A stretch of DNA of 32,000 nucleotides from Candidatus Saccharimonadota bacterium (GCF_025273655.1 NZ_CP045921.1:570001-602000); one strand, 5' to 3'. Positions 18,033-25,436 are shown, numbered from the stretch's first letter. Notes: generated from the sequence alone by a model not told the origin. Made by a program: numbers and translations.

Positions 18033-18059
18033 ACAAAAATACACACCAAGCGGTGTGTG
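18033..18059 (-). terminator. Rho-independent terminator after small-ORF pair 1
   Basis: Stem ACACACC/GGTGTGT (18041-18047 / 18052-18058), loop of 4 nt, minus-strand tail ATTTTTGT. Confidence 0.65.
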
Positions 18060-18129
18060 CGACTCAGGGGATTGCGCTCTCGACTCCAGAATAGTCGCAA
18101 TCCGTCAAACTGTCTACCTCACATAGCTG

Positions 18130-18321
18130 TCACTCGTCGATGGGCCAACCATCTGCCTCCGCGAGTGCTACGAATGTAGCATACCTTCGCGAAACGCCGA
18201 GGACGCCCATGGGTCGTCGCTGAAAGACCGGAGGCAAATTACTACCCCTTGCAACGCCAGTCACTACCGCTACGGCAGCAGTGACAACCGAGGCACCAAC
18301 AAAAAAGCCAAACTTTTTCAT
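18130..18321 (-). CDS. Small ORF, 63 aa (MKKFGFFVGASVVTAAVAVVTGVARG...), N-terminal signal/TM segment
   Basis: Internal ATG of the 92-aa track ORF. GAGGAG 6 nt upstream. ATG overlaps the stop of the 84-aa ORF as ATGA. Confidence 0.55.
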   Translation of the reverse strand: MKKFGFFVGASVVTAAVAVVTGVARGSNLPPVFQRRPMGVLGVSRRYATFVALAEADGWPIDE

Positions 18322-18572
18322 GTTACTCTCCTCGACACCTGTCGACGCGCCACATAGCGCGCCGCAATCACTCTGGGAGTATCGGCCGCGATCATTGCTA
18401 CGCCGCAATCAAACACGCGGTCGCATCCGGCCTGAACCATGCAAGTCAGTCGACCGAGAGACGATGCGCCATACTTTTCGACGCGACCGTCAATCGGCTC
18501 TCCTACCAGCCATGCAGCACCGACAAGAGTCGAACCGATCGTGGTGATGACTGCAGACCCTCTGTTTTTCAT
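18318..18572 (-). CDS. Small ORF, 84 aa (MKNRGSAVITTIGSTLVGAAWLVG...), N-terminal TM segment, 3 Cys
   Basis: Internal ATG of the 110-aa track ORF. GAGAGGA upstream. Preceded by the TATAGT box and the CTCTCGGCTC leader. Confidence 0.55.
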   Translation of the reverse strand: MKNRGSAVITTIGSTLVGAAWLVGEPIDGRVEKYGASSLGRLTCMVQAGCDRVFDCGVAMIAADTPRVIAARYVARRQVSRRVT

Positions 18573-18589
18573 ATTCCATCCTCTCTTTG

Positions 18590-18615
18590 GAGCCGAGAGC
18601 ATGGTGTGTACTATA
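18590..18615 (-). promoter_or_regulatory. TATAGT box (18610-18615) + 10 nt + CTCTCGGCTC leader motif (18590-18599) for small-ORF pair 1
   Basis: Minus strand: TATAGT acacaccatg CTCTCGGCTC CAAAGAGAGGATGGAAT ATG. CTCTC can pair with GAGAG of the SD. Confidence 0.5.
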
Positions 18616-18618
18616 CAA

Positions 18619-19902
18619 CTATTTCGCGTTGAGCGCAACCAACTCGTCAATCGTCTTGTCAGTTAGCAGACGATTTGCAATATCGCGCTGCACCTCTGGC
18701 GTAGCTAGTTGCTTGCGCATGTCTTCGGAGGGGTATTGCTGGCCGAGCAAGTTCATTTTTTCGAGCAATTCAGCATCTGTCGCCTGCACCTTGAGCACCT
18801 TACTCAGGTCGGCAAGCACTAGACCAGCTTTTACGCGGTTCACTGCAGCTTCTTTGACTTCGCTCTCTAACCAAGCATCTTTGTCTTTGAAATCTTTTTC
18901 CGCCAAGTACATGTCGAGTGTCAAACCACGCTGCATGAGGTTTTGCACCATATCCTGCTCTATAGAGCGCATCTGATCCTGTACTAGGATTTCTGGCACT
19001 GGTACGTCGCTCTTCTCTACCAGTTCACTAACGAGCGCATCCTTCAATTTGTCATCAGCTTCACTCTGCTTTTGCTTGGTGATCTCGGCTTTAATATCGT
19101 CTTCGAGTTCTTTGACCGTTTTGAATGGACCGGCTTTTGCCGCTAATTCGTCGGTCAGCTCTGGCTCCACCACCTCTTTGACTTCGTTGAGTGTGACACT
19201 AAACACAACCTTGGCACCTTTGAGGTCCTCGACATGATAGTGCTCTGGAAACGCCAGGTCGAGATCGAACTTGTCACCGGCTTTATGCCCCACGATGCCG
19301 TCTTCGAAGCCAGGGATGAAACTGTCACTGCCAAGCACGATATCATAACCTTCGGCTGTGCCGCCATCAAACGCTACACCCTCTTTTTTGCCGACGAAGT
19401 CGATGTTGACTTCGTCGCCTTTTTTAGCTTTGCGGTCAGCTGGTTTTTTCTCAGCATAGCCTGCGCGGATACGGTCAATAATCTCATCAACGTCTTTTTT
19501 GGTGACACTGACTTTTTCTGGCTTCGCGGCAAGCTTCTTGTAGTCACCGAGCTTGATCTTGGGCAAAATCTCACTCGTAGCGACGAATTCGAGTTCGCTG
19601 CCGGGCTCAAACTTCTTGACTTCTACCTCTGGTCGATCAAGTGCCTGTACTCCTGCGTCAAGAAACGCATCTGCTACAGCCTTGGACAACGCGTTTTCCA
19701 GTGTATGCTGTGCAAGATCATTGGGATTGACATGTTTGGCTGCCACGCTCGCAGGAACCTTGCCTTGGCGAAAACCAGGGACTTTGATGTCTCGTGCGAT
19801 TTTGGTCAATGCCACCAGTTCGGCGTCTTTCAGCTCATCGGCACTAACAGTAATAGTAAGTTCGACTTTCGTCTCGGATAGGTGTTTTGTAGTTTGCTTC
19901 AT
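18619..19902 (-). CDS. tig: Trigger factor
   Basis: 427 aa with the ribosome-binding signature GFRQGKVP and a central FKBP-type domain. TGcTATACT lies 9 nt upstream of the ATG. Confidence 0.95.
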   Translation of the reverse strand: MKQTTKHLSETKVELTITVSADELKDAELVALTKIARDIKVPGFRQGKVPASVAAKHVNPNDLAQHTLENALSKAVADAFLDAGVQALDRPEVEVKKFEPGSELEFVATSEILPKIKLGDYKKLAAKPEKVSVTKKDVDEIIDRIRAGYAEKKPADRKAKKGDEVNIDFVGKKEGVAFDGGTAEGYDIVLGSDSFIPGFEDGIVGHKAGDKFDLDLAFPEHYHVEDLKGAKVVFSVTLNEVKEVVEPELTDELAAKAGPFKTVKELEDDIKAEITKQKQSEADDKLKDALVSELVEKSDVPVPEILVQDQMRSIEQDMVQNLMQRGLTLDMYLAEKDFKDKDAWLESEVKEAAVNRVKAGLVLADLSKVLKVQATDAELLEKMNLLGQQYPSEDMRKQLATPEVQRDIANRLLTDKTIDELVALNAK

Positions 19903-19971
19903 ATTAGTACAAGTATAGCAGCTTCACCTCTCGTATGGAAACGTAAGGGGGTTCGGGGACAAATACCAATA

Positions 19972-21318
19972 TTACTCTGCAAACAACGCGTCAATCTCAT
20001 CCATTGTGCCACGTCGGCGATAATCGCGCACGCGTGTCACGATACGCTCGAGACTCAGTTTTTCCTCTGTCTCGGATGCCACGTCTTTGAAAGCATAGAG
20101 GTTATGCCTCAGCTCATCTTCGCCCACAAATGCCATAAACGGTACTTGTTTTTTCAGTACAGCTTTTATCTGCCTATCGAGCTTTCGGCCAGAAATATCA
20201 ACCTCGACATTGACACCTTCTGCGCGGAGCTTTCGCGCAAAACCTAGCGCACCTTCTAGTGTATCTTCACCCAGTACGACTATAGCAATGTCTGTCGTAG
20301 AGACGAACTCGGGTAATAGTTTGTGTGACTCGAGAAACAGCTGCATGGGGGTGAGACCAGGTGCCATACCGACAGTCGGTACCGGATCGACACCAAAGAG
20401 CCCGACGAGCCCGTCGTAGCGACCACCGCCGAACATCGAGCGGTTATTGTCTGGGTGCATGTCGAACACCTCGAACACCGTACCTGTGTAGTAATCCAGG
20501 CCACGCATGAGCGTGATGTCGAACGTCGCGTTTGCCACGCCTGCATCGGCTAGCAACGTGAAGAGTTCCTGTACTTCGAGTACTGCTTCACTTTCACGAA
20601 GTTCTGCAGGGAGGTCTGCCATAGACTTGGCTGTGATAAGTTTGGCGATTTTGGCTGCACCTTCACTCGCACGATCCTCGCCGAAGATATCTACTACTTG
20701 GTCACGAAAACTTTCTGCGGGAATTTTATTTTTGCGATCAAACAGCTTTACCATCAAGTGTGATTGCACTGCGTCAAGCCCCAAGTAGTCGTGCATCATA
20801 AAGTTGATAAGCTTGCGATTGTTGATACGAACAGCAAACATCTCATCGCTCGCACCAAACGCTTTGACGATCTCATAGGCCATGGCGATAATCTCCGCCT
20901 CAGCCTGCACGCCGTCGACACCAAATATATCGGTATTGAGCTGCCAAAACTCACGTTCACGACCACGCTGCGGACGCTCGTATCGCATGAAGTTGGCGAT
21001 ACTATAGAGACGCGCAGGGTATCCTAGTTCCTGACGACGAGCTGCCACCATACGGCTCACACTCGGTGTCATCTCGGGACGTATTGCCACTGTACGATCG
21101 CCACGATCGGTGAATGTGTAGGTTTGCTCGGTTGCAAGCTCTTGACCACTTTTTGCAGTATAAATCTCGAGTGGCTCGAGCACCGGCGCAGCATACTCTT
21201 CGTAACCATGCTGCTGTGCCACTTTGCGCCACATGTCGAAGATGTAGTTGCGCACACGCATATCTTCTGGATAGTAGTCTCGCGTACCTTTGTACGGCTG
21301 GGTACTGAGTGAACTCAT
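19972..21318 (-). CDS. hisS: Histidine--tRNA ligase
   Basis: 448 aa with KGTRDYYPEDM, class II motif 2 FMRYERPQRGREREFWQ and GGGRYDGL. Confidence 0.95.
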   Translation of the reverse strand: MSSLSTQPYKGTRDYYPEDMRVRNYIFDMWRKVAQQHGYEEYAAPVLEPLEIYTAKSGQELATEQTYTFTDRGDRTVAIRPEMTPSVSRMVAARRQELGYPARLYSIANFMRYERPQRGREREFWQLNTDIFGVDGVQAEAEIIAMAYEIVKAFGASDEMFAVRINNRKLINFMMHDYLGLDAVQSHLMVKLFDRKNKIPAESFRDQVVDIFGEDRASEGAAKIAKLITAKSMADLPAELRESEAVLEVQELFTLLADAGVANATFDITLMRGLDYYTGTVFEVFDMHPDNNRSMFGGGRYDGLVGLFGVDPVPTVGMAPGLTPMQLFLESHKLLPEFVSTTDIAIVVLGEDTLEGALGFARKLRAEGVNVEVDISGRKLDRQIKAVLKKQVPFMAFVGEDELRHNLYAFKDVASETEEKLSLERIVTRVRDYRRRGTMDEIDALFAE

Positions 21319-21380
21319 AATGTTGTAATCCTATCATCTTTATCTGTTATTTGCAAGGGTAAGCGACTTGTCATCTGTAC

Positions 21381-21406
21381 AAAAAACGCCGAAGCGAGTT
21401 CGGCGT
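21381..21406 (-). terminator. Intrinsic terminator inside the hisS leader (candidate attenuator)
   Basis: Stem ACGCCGAA/TTCGGCGT, loop CTCGC, followed on the minus strand by TTTTTT. Lies 62 nt upstream of the hisS ATG. Confidence 0.7.
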
Positions 21407-21432
21407 AGATTCGTTATTTGGACATAAGAGAG

Positions 21433-21486
21433 CTAGCCGACTTGCTCCGGCGACAGATGCAGATGATGGATAGTTCGATAAATCAT
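21433..21486 (-). CDS. Candidate 17-codon His-rich leader peptide (MIYRTIHHLHLSPEQVG)
   Basis: Hand-translated. The ATG is 6 nt downstream of TATAAT. Three CAT codons within four positions. The stop lies 26 nt before the terminator. Confidence 0.45.
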   Translation of the reverse strand: MIYRTIHHLHLSPEQVG

Positions 21487-21492
21487 ATGTAT

Positions 21493-21498
21493 ATTATA
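21493..21498 (-). promoter_or_regulatory. TATAAT box for the hisS leader transcript
   Basis: Minus strand: tttgGTAGTATAAT atacat ATG. Confidence 0.5.
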
Positions 21499-21579
21499 CT
21501 ACCAAATGACTTAAATTGCTATAGATGCTATTGCTTAGCATATTAAGCATCCCAACCAGCTAGAGAACGGCGGCTATTC

Positions 21580-21613
21580 ACAAGTAAATACCGCCTCATC
21601 ACTGAGGCGGTAT
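21580..21613 (-). terminator. Terminator after the LPXTG protein gene
   Basis: 11-bp stem ATACCGCCTCA/TGAGGCGGTAT (21588-21598 / 21603-21613), minus-strand tail TTACTTGT. Confidence 0.6.
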
Positions 21614-21636
21614 CATGTGGATCACGTGTGGAGTGA

Positions 21637-22911
21637 CTAGAACAATCGGCGGCTAGCAGCGTAGTAATACGCGCTGAGGCTCATGGCAGCCAGGCCAACA
21701 CCTGCACCGAGCAAGTCACCGGTACCGGTCTTTGGCAGCTCTACTGGAGCTGGCGTAGGCTGGACACAGTCAGGGCTGTTCTTTGGCAAATGCTCTTTGC
21801 CCGGGATAGGACATTTCTCTTCGCAATCTTTCAGATTGGTAGAGTATTTGCTGCTGTCAAACTGATCTTTATTGATTGTGATGACTTTTTTGGTTGCAAG
21901 TTCACATACTACGAGTTTTTCTGGTGGTGGAGTTGGGATCTCGAAGCTTTGTTTACATGCCTCGCTGGTGGCGGTCACTTCTTTGCCGTTTGCAGTAAAT
22001 GTCACTGTTGCTTGGACAGAATATTTGCCGGGAGCCGAAGCCGTGTATGTCGCAGTATTTGGCGAGCCCGCTACCGTCGTGCTGCCGCTAGGGCCAGTCA
22101 CCATGTAACTCACGCTTTTGAATGTGGCGTTGGTAGCGCTATAGGTTGTCTGGAACTGATACTGATTGTCGCCCTGCTTGGTGACGCTCAGGCCAGTACA
22201 TGCGTAGACAGGCACAACTTCTTTACAGTCTTCGAGGTTTTTACTGTGCAGCTGCGGGTTGAACTGATCTTCTTTGATAGTGATGATCTTTTTAGTCGCA
22301 AGTTCACATACCTTGATATCTGGCACTGGTGGCTTTGGTGGCACTGGTGGTGGCACTGGTTTTGCATATACAGGGTTACCGCATGCTTTGATGATGGCGT
22401 TTTTGAAATTGCCGTCTTTGTCGAGCACGACCAAAGTTGCCAGAGATGCGTTTGGATTCGCAAATGCTTGACCACCGACATGTGACGTCTGGTAGTAGCG
22501 CTCACCATTGATAGAAATCGGGCTGCTATGCGCAATAGCCTGGCGACCGACACTAGCCGCGTTTGTTGCAACTACACGACCGTTGGCGATCACTTCACCC
22601 TTGTTATTTGACGTACCATTGATCACTTGATCACCGGCCGCGAGATTTGGCTTGATCCAATAGTGATTGTAGATAGCTTGCAAATCACCACAAGTGTTTG
22701 CATTGTAATTACGCGTCACATCACCGTAGTTCTGGATGCCGCTTGGAACGATGTTATTCGTCTGGGCGTTACACGGACTCGCCGCATCGGCCGCAGTCTG
22801 GTTGAATTGATAAAAGCCGACGCCTGTCAGCATGACCGCCAACACGAACACAGCCGAGACGATTGCCTTGCTACTTCGTGCATAACGAAATGTATTGATT
22901 ATACCTTGCAT
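21637..22911 (-). CDS. LPXTG-anchored cell-surface protein with an internal repeated module
   Basis: N-terminal signal/TM segment, proline-rich linkers, and C-terminal LPKTG + hydrophobic stretch + RR tail. Start set at ATG 22911 (GAGGTG 5 nt upstream); the track start is a GTG inside the SD. Confidence 0.85.
   Translation of the reverse strand: MQGIINTFRYARSSKAIVSAVFVLAVMLTGVGFYQFNQTAADAASPCNAQTNNIVPSGIQNYGDVTRNYNANTCGDLQAIYNHYWIKPNLAAGDQVINGTSNNKGEVIANGRVVATNAASVGRQAIAHSSPISINGERYYQTSHVGGQAFANPNASLATLVVLDKDGNFKNAIIKACGNPVYAKPVPPPVPPKPPVPDIKVCELATKKIITIKEDQFNPQLHSKNLEDCKEVVPVYACTGLSVTKQGDNQYQFQTTYSATNATFKSVSYMVTGPSGSTTVAGSPNTATYTASAPGKYSVQATVTFTANGKEVTATSEACKQSFEIPTPPPEKLVVCELATKKVITINKDQFDSSKYSTNLKDCEEKCPIPGKEHLPKNSPDCVQPTPAPVELPKTGTGDLLGAGVGLAAMSLSAYYYAASRRLF
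21817..21912 (-). repeat. Intragenic repeat copy 2 (VVCELATKKVITINKDQFDSSKYSTNLKDCEE)
   Basis: Direct protein- and DNA-level similarity to 22219-22314. Confidence 0.8.
22219..22314 (-). repeat. Intragenic repeat copy 1 (KVCELATKKIITIKEDQFNPQLHSKNLEDCKE)
   Basis: Direct protein- and DNA-level similarity to 21817-21912. Confidence 0.8.
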
Positions 22912-22946
22912 GTTACACCTCACTCCACATTAGGTTAACTATCTTC

Positions 22947-22975
22947 ATAGTATCACAAATTTAAGCTAATGTCAA
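22947..22975 (-). promoter_or_regulatory. Promoter TTGACA-17-(TGa)TACTAT for the LPXTG gene
   Basis: TTGACA at 22970-22975, TACTAT at 22947-22952 preceded by TGA. An SD-containing leader of about 35 nt follows. Confidence 0.65.
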
Positions 22976-23008
22976 TAGACATAAGCTAGTTCCCTTATGA
23001 CACCCCTG

Positions 23009-23608
23009 TTATTTTTTCAAAAGAATATGTCTTTCAACCCACTTGTACATGAGTATACCAGACGCCACCCCTACATTAATAGACCTAGTGCTACCAAATT
23101 GCGGAATCGCGACAATCATATTAGCTCGCTGAAGCATTTCCTCTGAAATACCGGGACCTTCGCCTCCAAATACCAATACCGCGTCTTTCGGCATGTCAAC
23201 AGTATCGAGCGACTGTGAGCTTTCGACATTGTCCACCGCTACGATCGTGCGACCCCTGATGGCTACGACAAAGTCTTCTACTGTCGCATGGTACACCACT
23301 TCTAGATATGCATCTGTTTTCATAGCGCCGCGCTTGTTCCACTGCCTGCGGCCAATCACATGCACTCGCCGTACGTTGAACGCGTTTGCATTACGCACGA
23401 TTGTGCCCATGTTGTAGTCACGCTCGAGATTTTCCACCCCGATCTCCAGACCTCCACTACCTGCCTGCATGTCCTCGCGGATTGCCTCGATTGTCCAATA
23501 GCGATATTTATCGGCGACATTGCGTCCGTCCCCATGCGCGAGCAACTCTCGGTCGTAGCGAGGGCCGGTTGGCCAAGGCCTAGGATGGGGGGCAGTGCCG
23601 TTTGTCAT
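23009..23608 (-). CDS. SpoU/TrmH-family RNA 2'-O-methyltransferase
   Basis: RNANAFNV, LVFGGEGPGISEEML and IPQFGSTRSINVGVASGILMY motifs of the SPOUT class. Confidence 0.85.
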   Translation of the reverse strand: MTNGTAPHPRPWPTGPRYDRELLAHGDGRNVADKYRYWTIEAIREDMQAGSGGLEIGVENLERDYNMGTIVRNANAFNVRRVHVIGRRQWNKRGAMKTDAYLEVVYHATVEDFVVAIRGRTIVAVDNVESSQSLDTVDMPKDAVLVFGGEGPGISEEMLQRANMIVAIPQFGSTRSINVGVASGILMYKWVERHILLKK

Positions 23609-23657
23609 GACTCTATACTACCAAATTTACCCGTCCACTCTGCTATACTGGATAAGC

Positions 23658-24158
23658 ATGGCGCATACCAAACGCAAAAAAACACCAGTCAAAAACATCA
23701 TCGAGTTCATCAAACTCCAGCTCGCTGGCAACATCCTTTTCGTAGGGACACTGCTTGGCGTAGCAGTGGCCGATCACATACTCTATGTCGATCCTTTTTG
23801 GGGTATGGTGGGCGGCAGCCTCATTGCCCATATACTCTTTTTCCTGGTCAACAAAAACTGGATTTTTCACACGTCATCCAAGCGCGGGTATGGTGAAGTT
23901 GCACGTTTTATTGTCTTCATGTCGTTTAATTTCTTCCTGAATATTTTCCTCGTTAGTCTACTTACTCAGCTCATACTCATTCAGATGCCATCGGTCGAAG
24001 GCTTCGAATACTACCTGGGCGTCGTCTCAGCGGCAGTATTTTTTGCAATATGGTCGTACATAGGGCTGAAGTTTTGGGTGTTTGCTCCTACTAAGCGCCA
24101 TGCCGCCGTCAGTAGGCATCATGGCCTCACATATGAACGAAAGCGAGGCCGGGCATGA
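23658..24158 (+). CDS. GtrA-family membrane protein
   Basis: Four-TM GtrA-like layout (FIKLQLAGNILF..., WIFH..., FWVF). Start set at ATG 23658, with TGcTATACT 8 nt upstream. Confidence 0.8.
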   Translation: MAHTKRKKTPVKNIIEFIKLQLAGNILFVGTLLGVAVADHILYVDPFWGMVGGSLIAHILFFLVNKNWIFHTSSKRGYGEVARFIVFMSFNFFLNIFLVSLLTQLILIQMPSVEGFEYYLGVVSAAVFFAIWSYIGLKFWVFAPTKRHAAVSRHHGLTYERKRGRA

Positions 24159-24601
24159 TCGGATTCAATCATGCGCTGTCGGGTGCACTCGTAGCGATCC
24201 TCACCCCACCAGAATACGTCATGTATGTACCGCTTATTGCGTTTATATTGCACTTCGTACTTGATACGTTTCCACACTATGGCCGCGACGATACCGCACC
24301 AGTGCATTCTCGTAAGTTCAACCGCATTCTTACAGTTGACGCTACTTTGTGCATTACTTTTATCGCGTTAGCCTGCTGGCTATACCCCGACAAGATACTA
24401 CTGATTGCCGTAGGTGCGTTTTTTGCCATGTTACCAGACTTTCTCTGGATTTTTCACTACTACATCAAGGTCAGTTGGAAGCCGGCGCAGCTTTTCTTCA
24501 AATTCGCCGAAAACATTCAATGGGGTGAACGACCTTGGGGTTGGTCGCTGGAGATCCTCTACGCGATGGTCATGCTGGCAGTACTTGTGGGGTTGAGTTA
24601 A
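24155..24601 (+). CDS. Membrane protein, 148 aa (possibly YdjM/DUF457-like; weak)
   Basis: Multi-TM ORF with His-containing N-terminal motifs (FNHALSG, HFVLDTFPHYG). ATG overlaps the GtrA stop as ATGA. Confidence 0.7.
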   Translation: MIGFNHALSGALVAILTPPEYVMYVPLIAFILHFVLDTFPHYGRDDTAPVHSRKFNRILTVDATLCITFIALACWLYPDKILLIAVGAFFAMLPDFLWIFHYYIKVSWKPAQLFFKFAENIQWGERPWGWSLEILYAMVMLAVLVGLS

Positions 24602-24698
24602 ATTCACTCAATATAAGTAGAGCCCCGCTAGCGAGAACTCTACCTATCCGGACAGGTCGCTGCAGGGCTTAAACATTCGTCTCTCGACGAAATAGCGC

Positions 24699-25136
24699 TT
24701 AGAAGACTACCACCTTTGCATTATTCCCGCCGCTACAGATTACCGCAGCACGCTTTTCGTCGCCACTGATGGTGACGAAAGAGCCAGGCTCGCAGTGCAT
24801 CTCATATGTCTGCTGAGTTACAGGACTATACGCAGACACCGTGACAATCTCTTGTCGCAGAGGTCTTCCATATGCTTCACTGACGCGGATTGCGAACGGA
24901 CATGATGTCATGGAAGTAGCGATGCCCGAGACTCCGTTGCAGACCACGAACGTATTACCGCCCGGCTCGACACCAGCATGCAGCTGTACATCCTGATGCT
25001 CGGCGGATGTTGAGGCGGTGGTGTCCGTGACAGTCGCCGTCACTGTCGTGGTAACGCCGGAGTCACCATAACAAGCCGTCGCTGAAAGTGCAATTACAGC
25101 CAACGCCGCCGTTATCATAACCCTACTCGTGTACAT
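24699..25136 (-). CDS. Secreted protein or lipoprotein candidate, 145 aa
   Basis: Signal peptide ending ALSATAC. AAGGAG 6 nt upstream of the ATG. Confidence 0.7.
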   Translation of the reverse strand: MYTSRVMITAALAVIALSATACYGDSGVTTTVTATVTDTTASTSAEHQDVQLHAGVEPGGNTFVVCNGVSGIATSMTSCPFAIRVSEAYGRPLRQEIVTVSAYSPVTQQTYEMHCEPGSFVTISGDEKRAAVICSGGNNAKVVVF

Positions 25137-25220
25137 AAGGACTCCTTGCCCTCGGTTGGTTCCTCTTCTAACATGACTATATTAACATATAAATAATAAT
25201 TTGCAATAAAGGGGCCCCGG

Positions 25221-25250
25221 CACAATATAAAACCCCGGCCTGGAGCCGGG
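25221..25250 (-). terminator. Terminator downstream of tRNA-Leu(CAG)
   Basis: Stem CCCGGC/GCCGGG (25234-25239 / 25245-25250), minus-strand tail GTTTTATATT. Confidence 0.6.
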
Positions 25251-25259
25251 ATGTTATAT

Positions 25260-25346
25260 TGGTACAGATGAGAGGACTTGAACCTCCACGTCCCGAAGGA
25301 CACTAGCACCTGAAGCTAGCGCGTCTACCAATTCCGCCACATCTGC
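25260..25346 (-). tRNA. tRNA-Leu (anticodon CAG), type II, CCA encoded
   Basis: 87 nt: GCAGATGTGGCGGAATTGGTAGACGCGCTAGCTTCAGGTGCTAGTGTCCTTCGGGACGTGGAGGTTCAAGTCCTCTCATCTGTACCA. Long variable arm, close to E. coli tRNA-Leu(CAG), with a G1-U72 wobble. Confidence 0.95.
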
Positions 25347-25436
25347 GTATAAGTTGGATGCAATGTACTATGTGAGTTTTGTGTCATCCTAGGACTTAAG
25401 CGCTGCGTGTCTACAATTAGCTTGCGCTTCACACAG

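Noticed and set aside
17748-18179. 143-aa plus-strand ORF, together with 18281-18547 and 18439-18666, covering the tig-clpP interval.
   Set aside because: No SD or promoter at their starts, and Ser/Arg/Pro-rich composition. The minus strand carries four ORFs that each have a strong SD, ATGA coupling and terminators, so the plus-strand frames are probably antisense shadows.
21319-21636. T-box riboswitch upstream of hisS.
   Set aside because: The leader from the TATAAT box to the terminator is only about 105 nt. I could not find the conserved T-box sequence (AANNNGGGTGGNACCGCG-like) or a specifier-loop architecture. The leader-peptide model fits better.
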